Below, piece by piece: positions 23,801-34,583 of a stretch of 64,000 nucleotides of DNA. Source of the stretch: Macrostomum lignano (taxonomy: Eukaryota); the NCBI GenBank assembly GCA_002269645.1, contig NIVC01000732.1, forward strand, positions 372,001 through 436,000, read 5' to 3'. How positions within the stretch are numbered: the first letter of the stretch is position 1; each line of letters opens with the position of its first letter. The position numbers and the translations under genes are program-made. The notes beneath the pieces are model-generated. The model saw only the letters and a list, made by a program, of their open reading frames with translations, was not told where the DNA came from and did no database searches.

Positions 23801-25333
23801 TTGAGACGGTAATTTATAACAAATCGTTAAGTGAGAAATATTTGTCAATGCTGCTTCAGTAAATTTCTTTCTACTAGTGTTATTCTTTTAGTGTGAATAT
23901 TCATTTTAACAATAGTAAATATCAGTTTAAATTACTTTATCGATAGGTGTGATGAAGTCCACATGGACATTAAAACACAGCAGTTCATTTTTTTCTCAAT
24001 ACACGATCATTGATCGCAAATATAAGTATAGATCAGATGCTTGGGTCTCTACTCGCTAATTGATGCTTTATTATATGGTACAAGTAAATGAAACTCGACT
24101 ACTGGAATAAACTAGAAGACACGTTTTCATTCTGTATTTAATCACTATACACCTTGCCATTCTCCAGCTAAAAAAATTAACACTCTTCACGCCTCCATCT
24201 GCTTAGCTATTGAGTTGAAAAATAAAGTACAAACGTCAAAAGTACTTTAATGTGCCCCCATACCCAGTAAAGTTACAACTCTAGCTGTAGGAAGCCAGCT
24301 AGGCCCAGGAGATTATATAAGAAAAAATGAAAATAAAAAGCATCCTTTCAGCACATCTTGCAATCACAGTAAGAAAAAGACATGTAAATAATCTTCTACA
24401 ATGTGTATTTGATTAAAATGGACTTAGAAATTAATTTTTGGTGGATTTTTACACTACTAATTTTAGCAGTGTGTACTGCATAGTATCGATTATATTTACG
24501 AGTTAATAAGTAAAAGTAGAAATTAAAAGCAGTAAAAATTAAGAATGACAGTTTGGCTGTTTGGGTTGAGAGGAGGGTTAATATTGATTAAAAAACACAT
24601 TCTCATCATTAGTAAATGATTCAGAGAACCATCAACAGAACAAAAAAGTAGATTCATGCATGGGGACGAGGAGTTGATGCATAAGCCAGGTATATTTATT
24701 TATCACATAGACTCGCAACTCGTATTTTGCCTTTTACTGAAAATATTCAGTTGCTGCCTTGTGTAAACATATTCTGGCATAAGTCAAAAGAAGCGATATA
24801 AGACAGCTTTACCATACCAGCTACTATACATAATTACATGTAAAGCTGCTTCCAATATAAACATTATTCAATCAGTGAATACTTAAAATTAGAAACTAGA
24901 AAGCGCGGATATAATTTTATCACTATTCTTTCGGCCACCGCGTGCTCGAAGAATGCACTGCCAGCTAGACTTGATTATACCTATCAGTAAAGTAATTTAA
25001 ACTGATATTTACTATTGTTAAAATGAATATTCACACTAAAAGAATAACACTAGTAGAAAGCAATTTACTGAAGCAGCATTGACAAATATTTCTCACTTAA
25101 CGATTTGTTATAAATTACCGTCTCAAAATGTAGAAAACAGGTTTAGACTGACTATCTACCCATTTAAAATTTTAAACTAGGTTTTTACAACCCTTAAAAC
25201 ATTGTGTATGAATACTTACCGGTTTTTAAAAATGAAATTTTGTCATTTGTTTTGTTTTACTGAGGACGTTAAAATGACGCTTAAACTCATTTTAAGTCAT
25301 TTTAACTTATTTTAAGCCACTCGAACGCACCCA
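20826..25333. mobile_element. Foldback/long-TIR non-autonomous element (~355-bp arms)
   Basis: 20826-21022 plus 23791-23948 is the near-perfect reverse complement of 24979-25333. TSD not resolvable. Confidence 0.85.
21023..23780. mobile_element. Mutator-like DNA transposon (decayed) nested in the left foldback arm
   Basis: Perfect 10-bp TSD CTAAACCTGT (21013-22, 23781-90); imperfect ~50-bp TIR GGGT(C/G)TGTATAAAAGC...GGCACATTGGACACCCCTT; AT-rich interrupted ORF remnants. Superfamily inferred from TSD length. Confidence 0.72.
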
Positions 25334-26770
25334 TTTTATTAATATTAAATATTTTATTAATATATTAATATTATATTATTATTAATTAATAATTAATATT
25401 ATATTATTTATATCACTTATTATTCACCGAATTTTATATTGCATAGTAAAAAAACTAAATTTAATAAAAACTTTGAAGCTTAACAGAAAACGCATTTTGA
25501 AGTGTCTTCAGTTATAGTCCAATTTGTTTTAATGTGTAGCGCTGCAGGGCGGTGCGGGGCGTGTTTTAGGGAGACCCAAAGCAAGGCATCGCTTCAAGGC
25601 TTGCTCGCCAAAATTAACAAACTAATGAAACTACAAAGTAGTTACGTACTAATTGGTACTACTGATGAAAAAATAAATTTAAACATTTTTAATGAAAAAT
25701 ATTAAATTATAAAATTACTTTTTATTTCTCAGATTTGACTTCCGACAATGAAGCATTTAGCCTCTTCGCATCACCAATTCCAGAACAAGAATCGGTTCGA
25801 ATCTTCCAAGAAAAACAGCAGTATAACTATTTAACTCTGTTAATATTTGACTGCCTTTACAGCCTCACTTTGCACAACTTTTCACTTTCTTCTTGGCGAT
25901 TTTCATTCAATAATTAAGAGTTTATAGCAAGTATAATCCCACTAAGTTAAGGAGACAAAGTTATCCTTTACAAATTGGTTCTGGTTCTAGAACCAGAACA
26001 AGGAATATGAAGAGCCTCATTGTAAACTCCAGTACTTTGGCTTACGTCAGAAACTACTGCAGCTGAACTCTAGGTTTCTGGTGAAAGCGCTACTATAACT
26101 CGTTAAACTATATTTAACCGAGTTCAGCACCACTTACTGGTATGGTCCGGCTTAATGTCTGCAACAAATTGGCAACAAAATCTAGCTTTACTGTTTAGAG
26201 AGTTGCATTAGACCGCAACTACTGGAAGCAGTTAATATGGTTTCTCAAGTGGATTGAAAAAAATTCTGAATTAGACATGATAATATAAGTCTATAATAAT
26301 TATGATTATTTGCATGACGGCTGCAACCCTGCAAACAAAAATACTATGCTTGCTATTTTAGTGTACGTGGTATTCTATACTGGTGGAACTACTCATTTGC
26401 AAATTTAATATGCAGGTTGGCAGGTATCTCAAACTTTATTACGACTTTGCTTGAGTCGAGCTGGATTAAGTTTGGATTGTCACACTGGCAATCATAAAGT
26501 TGCTTCTTAGAGATACTGCAGACTAGCGCAGCATCCAGAGTATGATTTGAAATAATTAAATGAAAACAAAGTTTGCAAGCAATCAACTTCTTTTATTCCA
26601 TGCTTCTGTGCTTCCACGGATGCCAAGCCGTAAACGCCATGTTTAATATATTTGGATCTAACGCTTTATTATATGGCTATGAATCCAACCAACGTAAAAC
26701 AGCGCATTCGCGAGTATGAAGGTAAGTTGAATATTCAATAATTATAGTTAGCATGTACTATTAGCATCCG

Positions 26771-26977
26771 TCAACGCAACCGACGCGCCTCCCGCTCAGA
26801 CTCTAACAGAGTGAGAATATCGCCCTCGCGTACTGGGCCCTTCACGTTGCGAATAATCGATCGACTGCTCTCGTCGAGAAATTCAACGCGAACCTGGGTG
26901 CACTGGCCTTGGGATCCGGTTCGGCCAACTACCTTGGTGACGCGGGCAAGACGGGGCTGTCCGGTTTTTGAGTCCAT
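26771..26977 (-). CDS. RPS28: 40S ribosomal protein S28 (eS28)
   Basis: [59 protein letters not shown]; single coding exon. Confidence 0.99.
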   Translation of the reverse strand: MDSKTGQPRLARVTKVVGRTGSQGQCTQVRVEFLDESSRSIIRNVKGPVREGDILTLLESEREARRLR

Positions 26978-27179
26978 TGTTATTTGAGCTGAAATTTTTT
27001 TATATTTTCGTTAGAAACGTTTAATGACAAAATCTACGCAAAGATTTCAAATTGAGTAGACAAGGTGTAAAATTAGAGTCCTTGCTAACAGAAAATAATT
27101 AGTGACATACGAGTCGTATAAAGAAAGCAAAATCGCTTAAATCAAATTTACAAATATGTATATATAAATACAAAAAATA

Positions 27180-27670
27180 GATTCAAAGTAGATAAGTAGT
27201 AGACAGACTGAGAGTAGACAAATGGTAGACTCAGGGTAGATAATTAGTGGACTCAGGGTAGATAATTGGTAGATTTGGAGTAGATAAATGGTAAGCTCAG
27301 AGTAGATAATTAGCGGACTCAGGGTAGATAATTGGTGGGCTCATAGTAGATAATTAGCGGAGTCAGGGTAGATAATTGGTAGGCTCAGAGAAGATAATTG
27401 TAGACTTAAAGTTGATTAATGTAGATTTAAAGCAGATAATTGGTAGCCTTAGGCTAGATAATTACTGGTAGATTCGGGTATATAATTGATAGGCTCAGAG
27501 TAGATAATTGGACTCAGTAGATAATTGGTAGACTCAGAGTATATAATTAATAGGCTCAGAGTAGACTTACAGTTGATAAATGTAGATTTAAAGCAGATAT
27601 TTGGTTGCCACAAGGTAGATAACTGGTAGATTCAACGTAGATAAATTGGTAGTTTATAAGTAGATAAATG
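27180..27670. repeat. Degenerate minisatellite (AGTAGATAATTGGTAGACTCAG-like)
   Basis: Recurrent GTAGATAATT motif, ~20-22-bp period. Confidence 0.8.
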
Positions 27671-28603
27671 GAAGCCAAAGGTTACGCTTAGATACCTGGA
27701 TGGAAGCCAAATAAAATGAAGGAAGAGAATGATTACAGCTAAATACAGGGCATCTAAAAACAACCTGCAGAAGCCTATACAAAAAGGTAAATGAATATCG
27801 CAAATAAAAGCTGTTTTTCTATCATTCTCTTATCCAAAATAGGGGCACACAATGCCATGGTGCCAATTGAATTACAGCAAATAGCTGTAATTAGTTACCA
27901 ATTTACTTGTAGCAAACTTATACTATGCTGCACTCGGGGACAATGAGTTGGTTTATTGTTGCAATTTTATTAATATTAATCAGACGGCTGATCGCACAAA
28001 GAGATGGCCACAAAAATGTCACGAAACCGCAATTTTAAAAGACAATAAATTTGGAGACAATTTCAAAAGTACAATACTCGTAAAACTGCTGTCAACACAC
28101 GCCAGTCATCAGCAACCTTAATAGTAGTTTTTTGCGAAGTTTCAATATCGCCAGCAAATATTTTTGCAGTTTAATTTGACGCACAAATTAAAGAATTCCC
28201 AACATAATATTGAATGAAATGCGATGGTTAAATATTAGTTTGGAGAGAACAAACGAAAACAGACAAAAAATTACAAATTTTAGCTGGGAATCGTTACGAG
28301 ACTAGTATTGTTGGGAACTTGTTACGCCGAAAAAATGTGAGTTTTGTTAAGAATAGAAAAAGTGTCAAATTAGCTCGTAATTAAGAGGTTTTATTATTTA
28401 AAAAGCGTATGCAAACATGAGCCCCTCACCTCCCGTTCTCGAACCCAATAAGCGTCAAAACAAGCAGAAAAAACTACTGACAGAAAAATGCGGACGAAGT
28501 CGAAACTGCGCAAAACTAACTAACCAAGCTTATGACGACTCCGCTTTTTTACCGAGGCCTTCCTTTGCGGCTAAAAATTATTAGTCTAAAATTGACGTCA
28601 CTG

Positions 28604-29821
28604 TTAAGCCTTCAGCGCTTGTTTCTTCTGTTGCAGCTTAGCTTTCTTATTCTTGTTCTTATTCTTCTTTTTGTTATTAGTAGTAGCCGGCTGTGACTGC
28701 TGCTTAGGGGCGGCAGGAGCGGCAGGCTGATTAGATGGTTTCTTTGGCAGAGACGGCTGCTGCTCCGGCTTCTGTTTTACGCCAGCAACGTCGCCATTGG
28801 CATCGGCGGCCAATTTTCGCTGTTTCCTCTCGGCGGCCAGCTGATTCTTATAGCTGGCCGATCGGCCAAACGCTACGCGCAGCTTGCAGCCTCGCACAGC
28901 GGCACCCTGGGCGGATTTCAAAGCTTTCAAAGCGTCGGCAGGCTGTGCGTATTCAGCGAACGCGTAGCCAACCGTTGACTTGTCGCGCAGGGTTGGCACT
29001 TTAACACTAGTCGCGTTCGGGAACAGAGCGGCCAACTCCTCTTTAGTGGCGTCTTTGGCAACATTAGTAATAAATAGTTGGCGCGTATTCAAAGTGGCCA
29101 CATCAACGCTGCCAGTTTGTGCCATTTTGGCTACCAATTCAGACCCGTTGAACATTTTGCCATTGAGCATATTCACCCATTTGGCGGCCGTGGTCGAGTC
29201 TTTGTATTGAAGGAAAGCGTAGCTCCGATTTTCCGATTTATTCTTCGGATTGCAAGGAATTCGAGAGGATACAATCTCTTTAGATAGCTCTTTTAGCATA
29301 GCCTGGGTGCAGCCCTTCGGAATCGGGGTGATGAACACAGTGCAGTTAAGCGACTCAGTCATTAGACGCTTGATTTCTTCTACAATATCCGGCGGTCCCG
29401 GGTCCGACTCGGCGACGACAGAAGTGGCTGGTTGCTTTTTCTGCTTGCTGGCGGCTTGAGTAGAAGCTTCTTCGGCTGGACGCTTCTGGCCGCGCTGCTG
29501 TTCTTGCTGTTGTTGCTTTTGCTGCTGCTTGGCAGAAGCGTCAGTCTTTGCTAGCTTAGCAGGTGGCGCAGCCTCTTCTTCTTCATCGTCTTCTTCTTCT
29601 TCTTCATCATCGTCATCATTATCTTCTTCGCTGTCGCTCTCAGCTGGACGCTTCATGCGCGACAAAGCTAGCGGCTCCAGCTTCTGTTGACCTTTCTTCT
29701 GGACCGGGAGGGCAGCTGGCTCTTCTTCGTCGTCGTCTTCATCATCTTCCTCATCGTCCGAGGAGCCTGCGTCGGCCAGCAGCTTGGCAATGGATTCTTC
29801 GTTGACATCCTCGTCTAGTTC
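28604..29821 (-). CDS. NCL: Nucleolin-like gene, 3' part of the last exon (acidic tract + 2 RRMs + basic tail)
   Basis: RRM1 (TVFITPIP...RSYAFLQY) and RRM2 (QLFITNV...VGYAFAEY...LRVAFG); frame is open back to the LINE TSD. Confidence 0.85.
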   Translation of the reverse strand, partial: ELDEDVNEESIAKLLADAGSSDDEEDDEDDDEEEPAALPVQKKGQQKLEPLALSRMKRPAESDSEEDNDDDDEEEEEDDEEEEAAPPAKLAKTDASAKQQQKQQQQEQQRGQKRPAEEASTQAASKQKKQPATSVVAESDPGPPDIVEEIKRLMTESLNCTVFITPIPKGCTQAMLKELSKEIVSSRIPCNPKNKSENRSYAFLQYKDSTTAAKWVNMLNGKMFNGSELVAKMAQTGSVDVATLNTRQLFITNVAKDATKEELAALFPNATSVKVPTLRDKSTVGYAFAEYAQPADALKALKSAQGAAVRGCKLRVAFGRSASYKNQLAAERKQRKLAADANGDVAGVKQKPEQQPSLPKKPSNQPAAPAAPKQQSQPATTNNKKKNKNKNKKAKLQQKKQALKA

Positions 29822-32800
29822 TTCTTCTTCTTCTTCAGTCCTTTTCTCGCCTCGCGGCGTGGACGCTCTGCCGCCGACTCACTGGCAGGTCTTTCGATGT
29901 CTGGCCATGTTCGTGCGGGCCAGCATCCTCCCGCAGTCCGGGCACGGAGCTCTGGCGCTCTTGTAGATCCGCGCCGTAATCCCCGTCGTCTGCTGGCCTC
30001 TCCCCGTTGGTACTGCTGCTTCTTCTGCCCTCTCGTCCGGTGTCGCGCCCGCCTCTGGTTTCCTTCCGTTCTCCTTGCACCGTTTCCTATGCCGCGCGTG
30101 GTTGGACTTGCTTATCCACTTGTTGCACTCTCCGCAGTGGACTTCTTTCGCCGATCGCTCCTCTCCTCCGCACCTCTTCTGGTGGTTTTTTCTTGTCGCC
30201 TCCGTGAAGAAGGTAGCGTTGCACTTTAGGCACGGCAGCGGTGTCTTCGTAAATTGATGGTGTATCCTCCGTTGGTGTACGGCTAACCCGGCTCTCGACG
30301 CGCACACCTTCCCGCAGTTCTCGTAATTGCACCTGTACCCGGTCAGCTCCGATTCCACTTCTCCGGCTTCTCTTTCCTGTGCTGTTTCTTCCTCAGTCGT
30401 CTCTGCTTTCTTTCCTTTCTTCCTCTCGCTCTCCTCCAGCGCTCTTTCCCTGATGCGTAACTTCTTTCTCCAAGCCTCTCTATCGGTCACCAGCCTTTCG
30501 ACCTCCAGCTCATCGATTTCTGCCGTGCGCAGTAGCTTTCTCCATACCGAGATGATGGTCTGCCTTCTCTTCCGCGCTTTCTTGATGGTAGTCAGCTTCT
30601 TGCTCCAGCCGAGGACACATCTTTTGACGGTGCTGGTATCCGGGAGTCTGAGTACGTGGCCTAGCCTGCGCCAGTGGGCCGATTCGACTTTGGCGCCGAT
30701 GCTTCGGACCCGCAGTTCGTTCCGCACGTCCCACATGTTCACTTTTTTTCTCTCCATTTCTTTTAGCGGTGGTTCGGTCTTGCTGCTCCACACGTACCGA
30801 TAACGACGGTCCATTGCCTGCTGCATCCGCTTAATTTCCGACTTGTGGAAGGGCCGGGCGCCTGCATTGAAGAGCATCGTGCTCTCAACACAGGTCTCTA
30901 TGATCCTAGCTTGGGTGCGTTTGCTTAGTCGTGTTTTGCGTAGCATGCATTTGACTCCCGCCCACGCTTTGGCAGCTCTCTGCAGCCGCTGGGCGGTGTC
31001 CTGCTTTCTGCCGATCCAGGTGCCCAGTATCCGGATGTTCTGACTCTCAGGTGTTCCTAGCTTAGCTCGCTCTTCCTTCTCATCGTTCGTCCGTTCTTCT
31101 AGGATTCCGATGGTCTCGATGACGGTTCTCGTCCCTTGCTCGATTTCCTCGGATCCCCCGACAATAGTGGTGTCGTCAGCGAACAGTACTTCTGTGATTG
31201 TTATCTCCGCCGCTTCTTCGTTGTAACCTCCCATCTTTTTAGGCGGTAAGCATTTGCCCGGTCGGCAAACCCACTTGATTCCGCATTCGGCCCCGGTGTT
31301 CTTCGCTTTTTCCATGCGCCTCTCTTTTGCTATCCGTATCGCCGTCTGGTGATAGATGTTGAAGAGGATAGGCGATGTGGCGCAGCCTTCTCTCAGCCCG
31401 CGTTGTGGGTAAAATTCGGAACTTGTCTCTGCGCCGCACCGTACCGTGTACGCGGTGTACTCGTGCAGGTCTGCCAGCTTTTTTATCGTGCGCTCCGGCA
31501 TGTGCTGATGTTTCAGCAGTTCCCAAAGAGCCGGCTTGTTTACCCGCGGGTAGGCCTTCTTAAGGTCTAGCAAGACTAGGCTGGTATCCATCGACTCTGC
31601 CCATTCTGGGCTCTCTCTGATCTTCTCGGCGTCCTCGTTCAGTCTGAGTATGATCTGGGTCGCATCCATAGTGGACCGGCCGCTCCGGAAACCGAACTGG
31701 TTGTCGTCTAGCAGACCCATGTTCTCCGTCCATGAGCTCAGCCTCGTCGCCAGTATCCGAGCGAGTATCCTGCTTGCGACTGGTAGGAGGCAGATCCCTC
31801 TGAAATTATTGAGGTTCGTCCGATCGCCTTTCTTGTGGAGTGGCATGATTACACCTACTTTCTGGTCCTCCTCCCAGGTGTCCGCTGGGTTGTTCCAGAT
31901 GTAGTGCACTACTTTCCGGACCTCCGCTTGGGCCATTGCGCACGCGCTGGTGATGTAGCGCATTCGGATGCCGTCTAAGCCCGGGGCCCCGTCTTTGATC
32001 TTTTTGATTTCGTCGTCGATCTCTTTGTTTGTTAGTGGTCTGGACAGCCGGTCATTGGCTTCCTCTATCGTAGCCTTGTCTACGCTTGGCTTTGGGGCTG
32101 ACCTAATTAGATTGAGCATTTCCTCCTGGTCGTTCTCGAACCGTTGCTCCTGGATCTTTGACAGGTGTTCCTTGAAGTCTTCCGCCGTGAACAGTGGTAC
32201 TGTTCTGCTGTTGTTCTCATTTTGCTTTGTGTTCCTGCCCATCTTCCGCAAACAGTCGTACATCCCAGCCACGTTTCCCGTGTCGCAGTTCCGCTTGCAC
32301 TCTTCGGCAATCTCCATCCACCACTGTTCCATCCACTCTTGGAGTTTCTTCTTCTGCTTTCCCCGCTTCTCTTTCAGCCCTTGTGTGGCTCGGGTCAAGG
32401 CCACCGTCCGCTCTTCTACTGTTAGGGTCCCTTCGGGTGACTTCTTAACTCGGTTGCGGGCGCTCAGGGCGTGCTCCACTTCTTTGTTAAGTTCTGCCAG
32501 CTCTTCTTCGTGCCCTACCATCCACGGGTTCGTCTGTCTCGTCTTTGGGCCGCAGATTTCTCTCGCGGCTTCAAGCATCGTTTGTTTCGTCGTTTCCCAG
32601 TCGGTCTCGCCCTTTCCAGCTAGCACTTCCTCCGTCTTATTTCTGTATAGTTCGCGTACGCCGACATCGCGGAGCCGGTCCCAGGCGATTTCGTTTTTTT
32701 GGTTTTTTGGATACTTCCTGGTTGGTTCCGCGCATCTCTCCGCGAATCTTCTCTTCATGGTGATGACCTTCGGTAGGTGGTCGGACCTCGTATGGTGATT

Positions 32801-33994
32801 CGGATCGTGGTCGGTCCTGATGCTCCCGATGATCCGGTGTCTCTGCTCTTTCTTGGTGATGAAGCCGTCAATCTCGTACCATTGGTGTGACCTCGGGTTC
32901 CGCCAGGTGCCTTGCTTCTTCTGCCTGTAGAAGGTGCTCGCCCATGCCAGGCCTAGGCTTTCTAGCCAAAGAAGTAGGTCTTCACCCTGTTGGTTCGTTG
33001 GTCCGATTCCATAACGGCCTGTGCTCGAGAGACGGTGCACTCCGCTCCCAACGCTGGCGTTGAAATCTCCACCGATGATTAGTACAGCCTTCTTTGCAAA
33101 GGTGTTCAGCATCCTTTCGATTTCTTCTCGGATCTCATCCACTTCTTCCTCGTACTCTTTACCCTTCTTGACCGGTTGGTATACGGCTATCAGGATCACT
33201 CCGCCTATTTCCAGCGCAAGTGTTCGTTTCATCGGGTGCATCTTCCTCCCAGTTTCGTTCCACATTGTCCAGGCTGTTTCTCCCAGAAGCATTCCCACCT
33301 TCTGGGAGTGGACTAGGTGCATCTCTGCTTCTCTGTGATGGTAGCTTCTGATGCCAACGCCAGGTGTGTCAAGTTCGGATAGGAGGGTGACGTCCCATCC
33401 CTTTCCTATCGCGTACTTAACGACCTCGCCGAACCTTCCGCTTCCTACGTTCGCTCTGCGCATATTCCACGTCGCTAGCTTTATGTCGTTATTGTGCCAC
33501 CTCTCATTTGCCCTCCTGGCCTTCTCTCTCGCTTTCCTATCTCGTACCTTTTTTCGTCGTGTGGTTCGTCTGAGCTTCCGTGCCGTCTTTTGTGCTGGAC
33601 GCCTCGGTCCTGGGTTCTTTTCGATGGTCTCGAGCGCTCTGCTGATTTCAGCCCTTCGCCTTTCCTTGCTTTCTGGGTACGTGCAATTACTCTCTTCCTT
33701 GTTCGCTTCATGCTCCTTCTTTTTTTTGTTTTTTTTGATATTTTCCGCAGCAGTTCCTCACTCTCTCTCTCACTTTCGGCAAAGCTTTCAACCTTACTGT
33801 TGTTTCGAGAGGTGCCTGGGTCGGTTAGGTCCAAGCCACTCTGTTGCGAGGAGGTTTGCCCATAGACCGCGGCTGTTACGCCGAGGCTACGGGCCTCTCT
33901 CCCCCCCCCGATTCTGCTTTGCCAACCGGGTTGCTCCGGTTGCCCGCTTGGCACCGCGTGTTGACGGCACGCTTCGTGGAGGTGCAGAATCTTG
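29822..33994 (-). mobile_element. Full-length RTE-type non-LTR retrotransposon (4173 bp) inserted in a nucleolin exon
   Basis: 13-bp TSD CCTCGTCTAGTTC (29809-21, 33995-34007); (GAA)n 3' tail; single intact APE-RT ORF. Confidence 0.93.
29879..33463 (-). CDS. RTE-like ORF: AP endonuclease + reverse transcriptase + C-terminal zinc fingers
   Basis: KLATWN (just upstream of the ATG), GGDFNA, IDGFIT, SDHLP; NFRGICLL, QFGFRSGRS, DLKKAY, GLREGCATSPILFN, LFADD; CGKVCASRAGLAVHQRRIH. Confidence 0.95.
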   Translation of the reverse strand: MRRANVGSGRFGEVVKYAIGKGWDVTLLSELDTPGVGIRSYHHREAEMHLVHSQKVGMLLGETAWTMWNETGRKMHPMKRTLALEIGGVILIAVYQPVKKGKEYEEEVDEIREEIERMLNTFAKKAVLIIGGDFNASVGSGVHRLSSTGRYGIGPTNQQGEDLLLWLESLGLAWASTFYRQKKQGTWRNPRSHQWYEIDGFITKKEQRHRIIGSIRTDHDPNHHTRSDHLPKVITMKRRFAERCAEPTRKYPKNQKNEIAWDRLRDVGVRELYRNKTEEVLAGKGETDWETTKQTMLEAAREICGPKTRQTNPWMVGHEEELAELNKEVEHALSARNRVKKSPEGTLTVEERTVALTRATQGLKEKRGKQKKKLQEWMEQWWMEIAEECKRNCDTGNVAGMYDCLRKMGRNTKQNENNSRTVPLFTAEDFKEHLSKIQEQRFENDQEEMLNLIRSAPKPSVDKATIEEANDRLSRPLTNKEIDDEIKKIKDGAPGLDGIRMRYITSACAMAQAEVRKVVHYIWNNPADTWEEDQKVGVIMPLHKKGDRTNLNNFRGICLLPVASRILARILATRLSSWTENMGLLDDNQFGFRSGRSTMDATQIILRLNEDAEKIRESPEWAESMDTSLVLLDLKKAYPRVNKPALWELLKHQHMPERTIKKLADLHEYTAYTVRCGAETSSEFYPQRGLREGCATSPILFNIYHQTAIRIAKERRMEKAKNTGAECGIKWVCRPGKCLPPKKMGGYNEEAAEITITEVLFADDTTIVGGSEEIEQGTRTVIETIGILEERTNDEKEERAKLGTPESQNIRILGTWIGRKQDTAQRLQRAAKAWAGVKCMLRKTRLSKRTQARIIETCVESTMLFNAGARPFHKSEIKRMQQAMDRRYRYVWSSKTEPPLKEMERKKVNMWDVRNELRVRSIGAKVESAHWRRLGHVLRLPDTSTVKRCVLGWSKKLTTIKKARKRRQTIISVWRKLLRTAEIDELEVERLVTDREAWRKKLRIRERALEESERKKGKKAETTEEETAQEREAGEVESELTGYRCNYENCGKVCASRAGLAVHQRRIHHQFTKTPLPCLKCNATFFTEATRKNHQKRCGGEERSAKEVHCGECNKWISKSNHARHRKRCKENGRKPEAGATPDERAEEAAVPTGRGQQTTGITARIYKSARAPCPDCGRMLARTNMARHRKTCQ

Positions 33995-34127
33995 CCTCGT
34001 CTAGTTCGTCGTCATCTAGATCCTCTTCGTCTTCGTCGTCTTCTTCCTCCTCGTCGTCGTCGTCTTCATCATCATCGTCGTCCAAATCGTCGTCTTCGTC
34101 GCTGTCCTCTTCCAGCTTGCGCTTGGC
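33995..34127 (-). CDS. NCL: Nucleolin-like gene, 5' part of the last exon (up to the LINE)
   Basis: TTGCAG acceptor then AKRKLEEDSDEDDD...ELDE; continues in frame at 29808 once one TSD copy and the LINE are removed. Confidence 0.85.
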
Positions 34128-34217
34128 CTGCAAGCGAGAAAAAATATTAGCACTTTTTTTAAAAATGGGATGAAAACAACCAGAAATGCATCGAAAAATT
34201 GTAAGAGCGGAACTCAC

Positions 34218-34583
34218 CGGCAGTTTGACAAGCTGTCCAGCAGGTGATTTATTACTGCCAGCTGTTCCTGCGGCTGCAGCGGTGGCGGGCGACTTAGCAG
34301 CGGTAGCAACGGCGGTAGCTGGCGACTTAGCTGAAGCGGCAATAGCCGGTTTCTTTGAAGGCGGCGGAGCTTCTTCGTCATCGTCATCGTCGTCTTCTTC
34401 ATCATCCTCATCGTCTTCGTCGGAGCCGGCAGCGGCTAGCATCTTCTCGATCTTGTCCATGTCCATCTCCTCTTCATCGTCATCATCGTCGTCTTCCTCT
34501 TCGTCCTCATCCAAATCTTCGTCGTCATCATCATCGTCTTCCTGTTCGACCTTCTTCGCAGCCGGTTTCGCCGCGGCGGCTGG
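34218..34583 (-). CDS. NCL: Nucleolin-like exon 3 (acidic, KSP motifs)
   Basis: PAAAAKPAAKKVEQEDDD...AKSPA repeats; TTCCAG acceptor and GTGAGT donor; 366 nt. Confidence 0.85.

Noticed and set aside
31968-32798. 276-aa plus-strand ORF and other antisense ORFs over the LINE, nucleolin and the transposase
   Set aside because: Shadow ORFs opposite GC-rich coding sequence; no recognisable motifs.
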